From the IMG/VR virus record IMGVR_UViG_2893071988_000005, positions 14,497-78,496 of that record: a stretch of 64,000 bases of DNA; one strand, given 5' to 3'. The notes beneath the pieces were generated by a model. That model did no database searches. It was given only the letters and a program-made list of their open reading frames with translations, and was not told the DNA's origin. Below are positions 9,531 through 19,180 of the stretch, piece by piece. Every line of letters starts with the position of its first letter. The first letter of the stretch is position 1. This DNA comes from a virus (Duplodnaviria; Caudoviricetes). The position numbers were made by a program, and so were the translations under genes.

Positions 9531-10293
9531 GGCCGCCTCCAATCTCACCGTGGCTGTTCTGCAGCCAGGGCCACACGATGAAGACGCCGCGCGATTCATC
9601 ATCTCCGCACGTCCACCCGCATTTTCGGCAGGACTTCGCAGGCGGAGGACCGGCGGCGTTCGAGCAGTCGAACCAGTCGTGCACGCAAGTGGAGATCGCC
9701 TCGAACCGACCATCCTCGAACTCTTCGCGAGGACGGGCCCACAGCGACCCGTCCTCGATGGAGCGATAGATTGCGACCTCGCGCATATCGACCGACGTTA
9801 CCTGGTTGCGATAGGTCACATCCTCCCATCTCTCGGTCTGCATTCTGCCGACGCCGAGCAGCACGTATTCCGTACCGCGTTTCCTGTGACGGTGCGTGGC
9901 GCCGGTCCCTCCTTCCTGACCTGAGAGCGGCAGTGAAGCGTGTCTGGCGATGGAGGCATAGATGTCTTCGATGACCGAGGCGTCCTCAATCGCTCCGTCA
10001 AAGACGTCATCGATGATCTTCCCCAAGAGGTCGCGATCCATGCGGGGCAGCTTGGGGGGCTTGCCGCAGCCCTGCGATTTAATGGGAGAAACACGGTCGA
10101 GCACGGAGCAGCCGGTGAGGCCCTCCAACCAGATGGCAGCCGTATGCCCGGAAATGACATCGGCTTTCGAGCGGGTCTTGGTGATGAAGGCCTCGCCGTC
10201 GTCCTTGCGGACGGCGACTTTGGTGCCGATCGGATATCGGCTGTTAAATATTTCGCACTGGTTGCGCAGTTGCGCGGGGTCCGGTGTTCGCAT
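9523..10293 (-). CDS. Mosaic phage protein with DUF1653-like domain
   Basis: HRHRKRGTEY...VAIYRSIEDGSLWARPREEFEDGRF. Confidence 0.65.
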   Translation of the reverse strand: MRTPDPAQLRNQCEIFNSRYPIGTKVAVRKDDGEAFITKTRSKADVISGHTAAIWLEGLTGCSVLDRVSPIKSQGCGKPPKLPRMDRDLLGKIIDDVFDGAIEDASVIEDIYASIARHASLPLSGQEGGTGATHRHRKRGTEYVLLGVGRMQTERWEDVTYRNQVTSVDMREVAIYRSIEDGSLWARPREEFEDGRFEAISTCVHDWFDCSNAAGPPPAKSCRKCGWTCGDDESRGVFIVWPWLQNSHGEIGGGHG

Positions 10294-10296
10294 TGA

Positions 10297-11163
10297 CTAT
10301 CTCCTGCCTGCGGCGACGACGACCTTGGTGTCTTTCGGCAGTTTCCTGCCGCAGCACGGGCAATTGACCGGGGAGTGAACGAGGCGCACGCGCTCGACCT
10401 GTTCTCCGATCCAGGCGCCAACCTTGGCGAGGAGATCATCCAAGTTGTCCCCCTGGATTTGCGGTACGATCGTGTTGCCGTAGTCGTTGGTCAGCCCCCA
10501 GCGGAGGATTCGGAAACTGAATTCCTGGGGGAAGCCCTGCACCTTCACAGCGGCATCGACGGATAGGGAGCCGATATTGCGGTGATCGCCGACCTTGAAG
10601 TGCGAACGGTTCTTTGTTTCCGCGACGACCGCATCGGCCAGCCGGGTGAACAGTTCCTTCTTCTCCATGAAGCAGGGCAGCGTGTGCCAGACGTTTCGGT
10701 AACGCCGGAGGTAATCGGGAACCGTGATCATGACGCCAGGCGGGAACTTCCGCGGTGCGGCATCGACTTCGTAGACCACGTATTCCATCGGCCGTGGCGG
10801 AACGTCTTCCATCCGGTAGGCCGGCTGGTAGATCACCTCGCGCCGATCCTCGTTCAGCGCGGAGTATTCTGCAATACTCAACGGGCCCTTCACCGTGTCG
10901 GTGAACTCGGGTCGAGGGACGTAATGGGTAATCACCTTTCGCTGTGGGTAGTGCGCGGCAATCGAGGTGATATCGCCCACAACATCAACGAAGTTCTCGT
11001 CTCCTATTGCATCCGGGAAATCGGTGCAGGCCTTGCCGTTGATGTGAGCTGTGTAGCCGTAGCCGGTGAGGCCGGCATTGTGATAGCCACCACCTTGCTT
11101 CTTCTGCACGTAGGAATGCCCGGCGTGGCGGAATACCACGATCCGTGTGTCCTGGGAGCCCAT
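10297..11163 (-). CDS. Hypothetical protein with C-terminal CPCCG zinc ribbon
   Basis: GGAGGAG RBS; 288-aa ORF. Confidence 0.7.
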   Translation of the reverse strand: MGSQDTRIVVFRHAGHSYVQKKQGGGYHNAGLTGYGYTAHINGKACTDFPDAIGDENFVDVVGDITSIAAHYPQRKVITHYVPRPEFTDTVKGPLSIAEYSALNEDRREVIYQPAYRMEDVPPRPMEYVVYEVDAAPRKFPPGVMITVPDYLRRYRNVWHTLPCFMEKKELFTRLADAVVAETKNRSHFKVGDHRNIGSLSVDAAVKVQGFPQEFSFRILRWGLTNDYGNTIVPQIQGDNLDDLLAKVGAWIGEQVERVRLVHSPVNCPCCGRKLPKDTKVVVAAGRR

Positions 11164-11225
11164 GTGCTCCTCCATACTTGTCTGTTGAAGGGGCCGGCGC
11201 CGTGGATGGGCGCCGGCATGGATTG

Positions 11226-11396
11226 TCAGCCCTTTGGCGCGACCCGCTGGGCGGCCCATACGAGGCCGACCAGCATGCAGCCGATGACGACGTCGCCGAT
11301 GAAACCTGCCGCGATCTGCATCAAGACGAGCAGGCCGGCGATGGTCACGAGGATCGTGGCGAGATGCTCGCGGATCTTGTCGACGAGCTTCTTCAC
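11226..11396 (-). CDS. Small two-TM membrane protein
   Basis: GTGA overlap with the upstream gene; two hydrophobic stretches. Confidence 0.6.
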   Translation of the reverse strand: MKKLVDKIREHLATILVTIAGLLVLMQIAAGFIGDVVIGCMLVGLVWAAQRVAPKG

Positions 11397-12280
11397 TTGC
11401 CGAACTCCGCCTTGATACCGGGGGCGGCGCGCGCCACGGCGGTGACGAAGGCCTTCAGCAACGCCTTGTCCTTGAGGCGATCCGTGTTGACGTAGACACC
11501 AGCCGGCCAGCTGATCGTGCTCACGTCCGACCAATAATCGAAGGAGAGCGGATATGCCTCGCCCGGGATCTTGGCGTACTCGTAGAGCGGGTTGCCCTTG
11601 ATATCGACGGCATCGTCGAAGTCGCGGTCGTTGGCTCCGACGAGAGCGATGGTATCGCCGAACGTGGCGTCCGCCTCGTTGACGACGCCGTTCTTCAGGC
11701 CGGCCGGGACCAGCATGCAGGTGGTGTCGCCGTTCGATACGGAGTTGAGCGCGAGGATGTCGCTGTCGTTGGAAACCGGGACGGCTGCATAGTCCTCGTC
11801 CTCGGCCGTGAGGTTCTGCCAGATCACCCAGGCGCCGGAGCCCGGCTCGCCGATGGCGATGCGGTACTTGTCCGGGTCGCCTTCGAGGTCGCCGAGGTCA
11901 TCCACGCCGCTCGCCTTGTTGCACAGCACATGCAGATATTCCCGGTGGAGAGAGCCCACCTGCAGGAGCTTGCGCGCCTTCGCCTGGGACTGGCGGGCGA
12001 GGTAGACCGGGCCGTCCGGCTGGCCGATCATCGCATCACACGCCTTCGGGTCGCTCGCCGGGGTGTCGAGCATGCGCTCCATGCTGTCGATCGTGCCGGC
12101 GCTTTCGACCACCTCGACCTCGGCCGGGCTCCCGGCCATCTTTGCGATCATGGCGCCGGCTGCATAGTAGTTGCCGCTCTGGCTTCCGGTGCAAAGCCGG
12201 ATCGGCTCCGCGCTGGCGTGGCTCGCCGAGACCATGGCGATGCCAGCGGCCGCGACGAGAGTGAGGTATGCGATTTTCAT
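11393..12280 (-). CDS. TAXI-family TRAP solute-binding-like protein
   Basis: Signal peptide; CTGSQSGNYYAAG, ESAGTIDS, LHREYLHVL, IAIGEPGSG. Confidence 0.8.
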   Translation of the reverse strand: MKIAYLTLVAAAGIAMVSASHASAEPIRLCTGSQSGNYYAAGAMIAKMAGSPAEVEVVESAGTIDSMERMLDTPASDPKACDAMIGQPDGPVYLARQSQAKARKLLQVGSLHREYLHVLCNKASGVDDLGDLEGDPDKYRIAIGEPGSGAWVIWQNLTAEDEDYAAVPVSNDSDILALNSVSNGDTTCMLVPAGLKNGVVNEADATFGDTIALVGANDRDFDDAVDIKGNPLYEYAKIPGEAYPLSFDYWSDVSTISWPAGVYVNTDRLKDKALLKAFVTAVARAAPGIKAEFGK

Positions 12281-12385
12281 GTGAGGGTTCCTTTCCCCTT
12301 GGTGCCGCGAGCCGACCACCGGCCCGCGAAAAGAAAAGGGCCGGCGCGAACGCCAGCCCTTTGAGGTCTGAGCCGGAAGGCCCGG

Positions 12386-14155
12386 CTATTGCTTGAAGTG
12401 GTAGACGCCCGCGCGAAGCAGGTTCGGCAGCCATTTCTTTTCCTGCGCCGTGGCAGCGGCGAGATCCACCATCTCGCCCTTCTTGCCATCGGCCAGTTCC
12501 GTGCCTGTCATCTCCAGATAGGCGGCGGCGATCTGCTGCTTCTTCAGGCCCTTGAAGTAGAGCTCTGCGTCGAAGTGCTCCAGCGGATCGAGCTTCATGG
12601 TCGCAAGGAGGCCGGTCTGTATGTCCTCGCGCGCCTCGTCGGCGACATAGCCGTGGGAGCCGGAGAGCCATTCTTCAGTGACATCCACGGTCTGCGATGC
12701 CAGCTCGGCCAGCTTGGCACCGAGTGCGTCAGGCTTCATCTTCGAGAACCGTTTGAAGCGGGTCAGGAACTTGTCGTCGGACGCTTCATCGGTGCGATGG
12801 CCGATCTCCCGGGTGACCGTGATGCGGGAAGGTTTGGCGTTGCCGTAGCCGCCCGGCGCGTTCACCGACATGTCGAGCATGGTGACGACGAAGGCGAGGG
12901 CCGTAGGAGAGTGGGTCTGGACACGCTTTCGGACGGCGTCCGTCACGGCCTTCGCGAGGAGCGACTTCGTCGCCTTCGAGATGGCAAACGGGTCCTCCTC
13001 TTCCTTCGCGCCGCCAGAGCCGGAGACGGAGCCACTGCCCGTCTCCTTGCCGCGCTCGTAGATGCCGTAGGTCACCTCGTACTGCTTGTCATCGATGAAC
13101 ACGCCGGATGTCGCTCGCTGCTCGGAGGTGAATTCTCCCGGCCGCTTTTGCAGGGCCTCGTATTCCGCCTCCAGCTTTTCAAACTCGGCTTCATCAATGG
13201 TCTCGCCCTCGGAGTTCAGGATCTTCTCGAGCTGGCTGGAGCGAGCGGCTTCCGCATCGGTGTACTGGGCCTCCGGCTGGTAGCGCGCATAGTCCCAGTA
13301 GGATTTGCCGCTCTCCGATGCGGTGACGATGAATGCCCAGCCCTCGTTGAGAGCCTCAGTCTTGAGGTCTTCGAGCCGCTGCGCCGCCAGCTTCTCGACA
13401 AGAGCGGTGTCCTCCCAGGTTTCATCGTCGGTGAAGAGGTCTGAGCGGACCGGGCCGCCGGCAGCCTGGTAGGCATCTCGGCCGACGAACTTCGCTATCC
13501 GGCTATCGCCTTTCACCGAGTCCTTGCTGAGCAGATAGCGAACTTGGCGGGCGTTACGGTCGTAGCGGTAGAGGCCGGACCAGACTTCGAGCTGGCGCTC
13601 TTGCTCCGGCTCCAGGGTGAAGGCGGCGAGGGTGGAGAAGTCCATTTCCTCTGCCTCGAACGCGGCGAGTAGATCCGGGTGGACGTTCGCCAGCGCCAGC
13701 CTGCCCCGCACGAACTTCTCGGTCTGGCCGAAGCGCAACGCGATCTCTTCGATCGTTGCGCCGCCGTCGATCAGATCCTTGAACGCCCGAAATTCGTCGA
13801 GCGGCGACATGCCTCTACGGATGATGTTTTCCGCAAGGCTCAACTCTTCGGCCTTATGGTCATCGACATCGCGAATGATGATCGGGACCGGGTAGTCGGC
13901 CGGAACTAAGCCTTCGGATACGAGAGACTGCACCGCAAGGAACCGGCGGCCGCCACCGAAGGTTCGGTAGCGAGCCCCTTCGAGGTCGGCGTCCGATACC
14001 GCCGGCGGGCGGACTGCGATCGGCTGGATGATGCCATTGGCGAGGATCGAGGCCTTCATTGCTTCGATCGAGTCCTTCTCCCGGTTTTTACGGACATTCT
14101 TCTCGTCGATGATGAGCCGGTCGATGGTGGTGGAGAGCTGCTGAAACTCGTGCAT
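12386..14155 (-). CDS. ParB/RepB/Spo0J-family protein (long plasmid type)
   Basis: NVRK, GIIQPIAVR, GGRRFLA, SLAENIIR, followed by HTH. Confidence 0.9.
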   Translation of the reverse strand: MHEFQQLSTTIDRLIIDEKNVRKNREKDSIEAMKASILANGIIQPIAVRPPAVSDADLEGARYRTFGGGRRFLAVQSLVSEGLVPADYPVPIIIRDVDDHKAEELSLAENIIRRGMSPLDEFRAFKDLIDGGATIEEIALRFGQTEKFVRGRLALANVHPDLLAAFEAEEMDFSTLAAFTLEPEQERQLEVWSGLYRYDRNARQVRYLLSKDSVKGDSRIAKFVGRDAYQAAGGPVRSDLFTDDETWEDTALVEKLAAQRLEDLKTEALNEGWAFIVTASESGKSYWDYARYQPEAQYTDAEAARSSQLEKILNSEGETIDEAEFEKLEAEYEALQKRPGEFTSEQRATSGVFIDDKQYEVTYGIYERGKETGSGSVSGSGGAKEEEDPFAISKATKSLLAKAVTDAVRKRVQTHSPTALAFVVTMLDMSVNAPGGYGNAKPSRITVTREIGHRTDEASDDKFLTRFKRFSKMKPDALGAKLAELASQTVDVTEEWLSGSHGYVADEAREDIQTGLLATMKLDPLEHFDAELYFKGLKKQQIAAAYLEMTGTELADGKKGEMVDLAAATAQEKKWLPNLLRAGVYHFKQ

Positions 14156-14165
14156 AGCTCTTTCC

Positions 14166-14549
14166 TTATGCTGCAGCCGCGGCGGTTGCCGTGACTTCGT
14201 TGGAGAGGACGCGCACCAGATCGGACACGACAGCGCGGTGCTTGTCGGGGAGGTTCTCGATCTGGATGGCGAGGCGGATGGCGTAGACGGAGGGGCCGGC
14301 GTCCTCGGTGACGGGCTCCGCGTTCTCCAGCGGCATCAGGTTCGGTGCCGTGGTCTTCAGGGCAGCAGCGATCTGCATCAACCGGCTGCCGCCGACGCGG
14401 TTGGTGCCCTTCTCGTACTTCTGGATCTGCTGGAAGGTGACGCCGACGGCCTCGCCAAGCTTCTCCTGGCTCATGCCGATCGCGACACGGCGCGCACGGA
14501 TCTTCATCCCGATGAGGATGTCATCGGGCTTGGGCTGCTTCTTCATCAT
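14166..14549 (-). CDS. XRE-family HTH regulator
   Basis: GMSQEKLGEAVGVTFQQIQKYEKGTNRV. Confidence 0.92.
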   Translation of the reverse strand: MMKKQPKPDDILIGMKIRARRVAIGMSQEKLGEAVGVTFQQIQKYEKGTNRVGGSRLMQIAAALKTTAPNLMPLENAEPVTEDAGPSVYAIRLAIQIENLPDKHRAVVSDLVRVLSNEVTATAAAAA

Positions 14550-14561
14550 GGGGATATCCTC

Positions 14562-15719
14562 TTAGGCGCGACGGGGCATGAGGAGGAACCGGACATTCGG
14601 TTCCTTCTGGTCGAGGAAGAGGCCCGCGCCATTGGCCGCTTCGTTGATTTCGAGGGAGACCTGGCCGGCGATCCGTTCGAGGATGTCGGCAAGGTAGGTG
14701 GCAGAGAACGCGACCTTGAACGGCTCATTGGCGAGGCAGGGCAGGTCCGTGCTGCCTATGCCAAAACCTTCCGATGCGCAGGTGAGCTCGGCGACCTCGC
14801 GGCCGATATCGATTGCGATCGGCGCCTGCTTGATGTCCGAGACGGAGGCAACGCGGTCGACGGCCTCACGGAGCGCGGCCGTCACGAAGAGCGCCCTGCG
14901 ATCGAGGTTGGCGGGGAAGACGCGCTGGTAGTCCGGGAACGAGCCGTCAACGAGCTTGGATTCGATCTGCTCGTCGCCCAGGCAGAACAGCACGGCATCG
15001 CCGGACACAGCGATGTCGACCACGGGCGGGGCGTCCTTGCGGCTGGCGAGCCGGAGGACTTCCTTGACCGTCGCGGCGGGGATGATTGCGCCAGCTTCGT
15101 GCATGGCTTCGCAGCCCGCCGGCGGATCGACGGCATAGGCCGCCAGCCGGTGCCCGTCGGTGGTGACGAACATCAAGCGCTCCTGGTCGGCGTCGTATTT
15201 CAGGAACACGCCGTTCAGGTAGTAGCGGGTGGCATCGGTGGAGATGGCGAACCGGACGGTGTCCAGTGCTTTCCGCAACTCGCTCGTGTCGAGCGTGAAG
15301 CGGCAGTTCGTCGCCTTCAGTCCGTCGGCGCGGGAGAAGACCGGGAACTGATCGACATCATCGCCCGGCACAAGCTGGAGCTTAGTTCTGCCGAACATGC
15401 AGACGGTGTGGTCGTCGTGCCTGATGAAGTCGAGGGACTGAGCGAACGGGACCTTCGCCAAGGCCGGCTGCAGGCGATGGGCATCGACCATGATCTTGAA
15501 GTCCGGCGAGACACGGCCCGGAACGAAGGTCGAGGTCTGGACATCGAGGTCGGTCCCGGTGACGACGACGCCGCCCTTCACGGCGGTGATCAGCGCCGCG
15601 CCCAGGATCGGGATGGTGGCCTTCCTCGGCACCACCTTCGTGACGTTTTCGATGGCGCGACCGAAGCGGCGATAGTCAAGCGAGGCGCTGGTCGGAACCG
15701 GCAGAGCAAGTGCGCACAT
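14562..15719 (-). CDS. dnaN: DNA polymerase III beta-clamp homolog (phage copy)
   Basis: TIPIL, GTDLD, TRYYLNGV, TTDGHRLA, LVDGSFPDYQRVFP, C-terminal LLMPRR. Confidence 0.9.
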   Translation of the reverse strand: MCALALPVPTSASLDYRRFGRAIENVTKVVPRKATIPILGAALITAVKGGVVVTGTDLDVQTSTFVPGRVSPDFKIMVDAHRLQPALAKVPFAQSLDFIRHDDHTVCMFGRTKLQLVPGDDVDQFPVFSRADGLKATNCRFTLDTSELRKALDTVRFAISTDATRYYLNGVFLKYDADQERLMFVTTDGHRLAAYAVDPPAGCEAMHEAGAIIPAATVKEVLRLASRKDAPPVVDIAVSGDAVLFCLGDEQIESKLVDGSFPDYQRVFPANLDRRALFVTAALREAVDRVASVSDIKQAPIAIDIGREVAELTCASEGFGIGSTDLPCLANEPFKVAFSATYLADILERIAGQVSLEINEAANGAGLFLDQKEPNVRFLLMPRRA

Positions 15720-15748
15720 ATGGTCTCCTTTCTGTGCATGGTTGCGGG

Positions 15749-16033
15749 TTATCGGTGCGCCGCCGCGACGGAAGCGGCGGCGCATTGGGCTTTGACCTCC
15801 GGTGGTGCTCGCGCCCAAACCTCACGGCTCACCTCTTCACTGAGGGGCGTGTCGTCGTAGAGGGTGAGGCAATAGAATTCTCGCAGGTGGATCGCATATG
15901 CCGCGATGCACCAAGCGCGGCCAAAGGACTGGACGGTGAACTCGAGCAATCCGGGTTGCGGGAGCCGCTTAAGAAAGGTCAGGTCACCGTCCCAGAAACT
16001 GCGAGGTGGCGGACGAAACGTCACGGGTGTCAC
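15749..16033 (-). CDS. Small protein, shared C-terminal motif family
   Basis: Ends RAPPEVKAQCAAASV. Confidence 0.6.
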   Translation of the reverse strand: MTPVTFRPPPRSFWDGDLTFLKRLPQPGLLEFTVQSFGRAWCIAAYAIHLREFYCLTLYDDTPLSEEVSREVWARAPPEVKAQCAAASVAAAHR

Positions 16034-16668
16034 AGCGCCACGATAGGGCAGGCCGCCAAGCCTTGCCGCTCAGCAAGCCCGGTGACGAAATCGGTGGGTG
16101 CTTCGCCGGCCTTGAAGGCGCGGAGCGTCTGTGCCGGGTCCAGTTCGAGAGCGCAGTTGAACGCGGCGGCGGAGTAGGCTGTGGCCAGCGTGGTCCAGAA
16201 GCGGCGGGATTGGCGCCAGTGCTCGAAGTTCGCGCGCTCTTGGGACCAGACGATGAAGGCGAGGGCGGGGACGGTCGGGGAGTAGCGCCCGTCGCCGTAG
16301 CGGTTGTTCTCGATGACACGGTCCCACGGGAGGTTTTCGAGGACGGCCGGCGCGAAATCGAAATCGAAGGCGCCGTGATAGTGCTGGTCGCCTTCGAGCT
16401 TCTCCCACACGGCATGGATGATGCGGCCGGCCTGCTGAGCGACCATGCGCATGCCGGATGTTCCTGCAGCGTCGAAGTCGGCGGCGAACTTGGTCTCGCG
16501 GTTTTCGAGGATCCATTCCCACGCGCAGAGGGCGGCCTCGGTCTCCGCCGAGGTGTAGGTCGTGACGCCGTGGACCTGGCGGCCGCCGGCGTCGGGAATG
16601 GGGAGCGAAGGGAAGTGGTGAACGGCCAAAGGGGTGCCGTCCACCGCGATGTTCACGGTGACGTTCAT
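16030..16668 (-). CDS. Hypothetical protein
   Basis: AGGAG RBS; 212 aa. Confidence 0.7.
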   Translation of the reverse strand: MNVTVNIAVDGTPLAVHHFPSLPIPDAGGRQVHGVTTYTSAETEAALCAWEWILENRETKFAADFDAAGTSGMRMVAQQAGRIIHAVWEKLEGDQHYHGAFDFDFAPAVLENLPWDRVIENNRYGDGRYSPTVPALAFIVWSQERANFEHWRQSRRFWTTLATAYSAAAFNCALELDPAQTLRAFKAGEAPTDFVTGLAERQGLAACPIVAL

Positions 16669-16690
16669 CGTGGTCTCCTGTTGTGGTGGG

Positions 16691-17926
16691 TTACGGTTCG
16701 ATGCGGATCACTTCGCCGAACGGGACGCGGGGCGCCCACTGGTCGAAGGCCTGCTTGGTGCCGGTATGCGCCCAAATGACGGGCGCCTCCGGCTTCTCGC
16801 CGAAATCGTAGGTGCAGAGGTCGGTGAGAAAGATGATGGCGGTAGCGTCGGAGTGGTGCCGCTTGATGTAGCGGAAGGCCTCGGTGAAGGCGGTGCCGCC
16901 GCCGCCGGCAGCGCGCAGACGGATGGTGTCTCCGGCCTGGAATGTCTCGACGTTGCAGACCGCGGCGTCGGTGTAGATGACGGTGATCAGTTCCACATTG
17001 CCGTCGTCGAGGATGCCAGATATCTCGCCGCCGCACTCGGCAAGCATGTCGTCATCGACGGAGCCGGAGGTGTCGACGCAGCAGACGATATGCCTGATAC
17101 CTTCGGTCGGCACGATGCTCGGCATGACCAGGCGGTGAGGGAGAAAGCGCCGGCTCGGCCGCGCCCAGCTGTAGTCGCTCATGAACACCTCGTCGGCGAA
17201 GCGGCGAAGCCTTTCCCGCCAGTTCACCTTCGGCTTGGTGATGTCAGCGATGAGCCGCTGCAATCCGGCAGACAGCTTGCCGATGCCGTTGCCTTTTGCC
17301 TTTGCGATAGCCGCCGCCTGCGCCACCTGAGTAGCGATGGTGGTTTCGGCCGAGGCGAGACCCTCCCGGTCATAGGTTGGCGCCGCCGGCATCGTGCCGC
17401 CGCAGCCACCAGGGTCAACGCCGAGGCTCCCTGCGCCTGTGCCACCGCCGCCCGGGCTGGATGCTCCGGTGTCCTCTTCGGAGCGTCCGGACTTGCCGCG
17501 GCTCTGCGACGGCGGCTTGTCGGGGAGGAGCCGGTAGACGTCTTCGGTCGACATGCCTCCATACTGAGGGTCGTAAAGCCCGCCCTTCGGCATCTCGCCG
17601 CAGCTGCTCTCCTTCAGTTCGAAGTTGATGACATAGTCCCCGGCGATGTTCCACTTCTCCGGGTCGCGATTGCCCATGCGGGTGTGGTGGTAGAACACGT
17701 CGTGCAGGATTTCGTGAGCGAGAACAAAGACAAGCTCGCGCTTGCTCAGCTTCTCCACGAACCTGGTGTTGTAGTAGAAGCGCTTGCCGTCAGTCGCCAT
17801 CGTCGGGACGCGCGGATCCTCAACGATCTCCTTTTGAACGATCATCGCCCCGAAGAACGGTTGCTCGAACATGAGTGCGGTCTTCGCGGCCAGCAGCTTG
17901 CTTTCGATGTCCAACTTCGGCGGCAT
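16691..17926 (-). CDS. DUF2201-like metallopeptidase + VWA protein
   Basis: TMATDG, HEILH zincin motif, WNIAGDYVIN, MIDAS DTSGS, GGGGTAF, FLTD. Confidence 0.9.
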   Translation of the reverse strand: MPPKLDIESKLLAAKTALMFEQPFFGAMIVQKEIVEDPRVPTMATDGKRFYYNTRFVEKLSKRELVFVLAHEILHDVFYHHTRMGNRDPEKWNIAGDYVINFELKESSCGEMPKGGLYDPQYGGMSTEDVYRLLPDKPPSQSRGKSGRSEEDTGASSPGGGGTGAGSLGVDPGGCGGTMPAAPTYDREGLASAETTIATQVAQAAAIAKAKGNGIGKLSAGLQRLIADITKPKVNWRERLRRFADEVFMSDYSWARPSRRFLPHRLVMPSIVPTEGIRHIVCCVDTSGSVDDDMLAECGGEISGILDDGNVELITVIYTDAAVCNVETFQAGDTIRLRAAGGGGTAFTEAFRYIKRHHSDATAIIFLTDLCTYDFGEKPEAPVIWAHTGTKQAFDQWAPRVPFGEVIRIEP

Positions 17927-18452
17927 CGGTGGTCTCCTTGTCGCATGATTGCGGTTGACAGGGCGTGGCGCCTTGTTGGGCTATTTCGGCCGCCACCATT
18001 TCCGCCATTTTCTCCCAGGCATCGTTGTCCACCCGCACCTCAAACTTGACTTCGATGGGTGGCAGGATCGCGGGAGGCGGATAGTAGGGCGCGCCGAACG
18101 TCGGCAACCGGACGTATTGAAGCTTGACCAGAGGCGGCGGTTCATTTTGCGCGTTGATCGATTTCGTCACCAACGATGCAATCTCCTCGGAGGAGAGGGC
18201 CGCGACGAGAGGAGAGGTCTCGACCGAAACCACCACATGGTCCGCGAAGACTAGACGTCCTTCACGCCGGTTCACCTTGCTGAGATGCGTAGAGCAGGTT
18301 GCATTGAAGCGCCGGGAGCGGACCCAATACTCCAGACGGTACACACGCCTCGGATACCGTCCGTCTCGGGGGCGAAACACGAAGACAACAAGGTCGCTGT
18401 CGTCTTTGCTGCGTCGGATCCGGTAGAACCGGCGAAGTATCTCCGGGGTCAT
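17820..18452 (-). CDS. Hypothetical protein; original stop probably at 17955-17957 (now CAA)
   Basis: ORF overruns the VWA gene start; internal LSSEEIASLVTKSI resembles the family motif. Confidence 0.55.
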   Translation of the reverse strand: MTPEILRRFYRIRRSKDDSDLVVFVFRPRDGRYPRRVYRLEYWVRSRRFNATCSTHLSKVNRREGRLVFADHVVVSVETSPLVAALSSEEIASLVTKSINAQNEPPPLVKLQYVRLPTFGAPYYPPPAILPPIEVKFEVRVDNDAWEKMAEMVAAEIAQQGATPCQPQSCDKETTDAAEVGHRKQAAGREDRTHVRATVLRGDDRSKGDR

Positions 18453-18847
18453 CTGCCCCTCCTTTGAAGAGAATAGGTGGTCGCCTTCGCGAGGTCGGCG
18501 GGGGAAAGGCAGGATCGGAGCACATCAATCAAGCGGTCGCCGACGAGGGGGAGCTTGGTGCTGCCGCGGAAGAACATGTCCGGGTCGATGGACTTCACCG
18601 GATCGCGTCCCTCCTTCGTGAGCTTTTCGGTGAGGGCCTTCATCCGCTTCCCGGTCGGGAGGCCCAGCGGCACGTTGGCCACGTTCCATTTCCGCTTGTC
18701 GACATCGTAGGAAAGGATCCAGTTGGCCACTTCATGGTTGTCCCGGATGCCAATGAAGTACCACTTCATCGTTGCGCTGCCGTAGGGCTGGATGTTTTCC
18801 TCGGGATTGAAGGGGCCGAGGACCTGGCGAACCATGACCATGGTCAC
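18449..18847 (-). CDS. Small protein, shared C-terminal motif family
   Basis: Ends LRSCLSPADLAKATTYSL. Confidence 0.6.
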   Translation of the reverse strand: MTMVMVRQVLGPFNPEENIQPYGSATMKWYFIGIRDNHEVANWILSYDVDKRKWNVANVPLGLPTGKRMKALTEKLTKEGRDPVKSIDPDMFFRGSTKLPLVGDRLIDVLRSCLSPADLAKATTYSLQRRGR

Positions 18848-19173
18848 CTTCCTTTCTGATACTGGATGGCGGCAGCGATGGCCGCCGCCAGTTGAGCCGG
18901 TGGGATGTGGGCACGGAGCATCTCCTTCAGGGTGTTCTCCTGGTGCTTCGGCTTGGCGCCGGGAAACATGTCGACCTGCGTCAGCCCTTTGTTAGCCGGC
19001 CGCGTGAAGGTGCGCAGAACCTTGAATGCGCGAGTGTCGAAGTAGAAGATCACCCGCCAGCCTGCCTGAGAGCCGTCATCGAGCACGCCGGAAAACTCCC
19101 AGACGTAGCAGTCTCTATGCTGGCGCACCTTGGACGGCCCCCAGAGGGCCGTCACTTTCGAGGCCATCGTCAT
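18844..19173 (-). CDS. Small protein, shared C-terminal motif family
   Basis: Ends LRAHIPPAQLAAAIAAAI. Confidence 0.6.
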   Translation of the reverse strand: MTMASKVTALWGPSKVRQHRDCYVWEFSGVLDDGSQAGWRVIFYFDTRAFKVLRTFTRPANKGLTQVDMFPGAKPKHQENTLKEMLRAHIPPAQLAAAIAAAIQYQKGR

Positions 19174-19180
19174 CGCGCCC

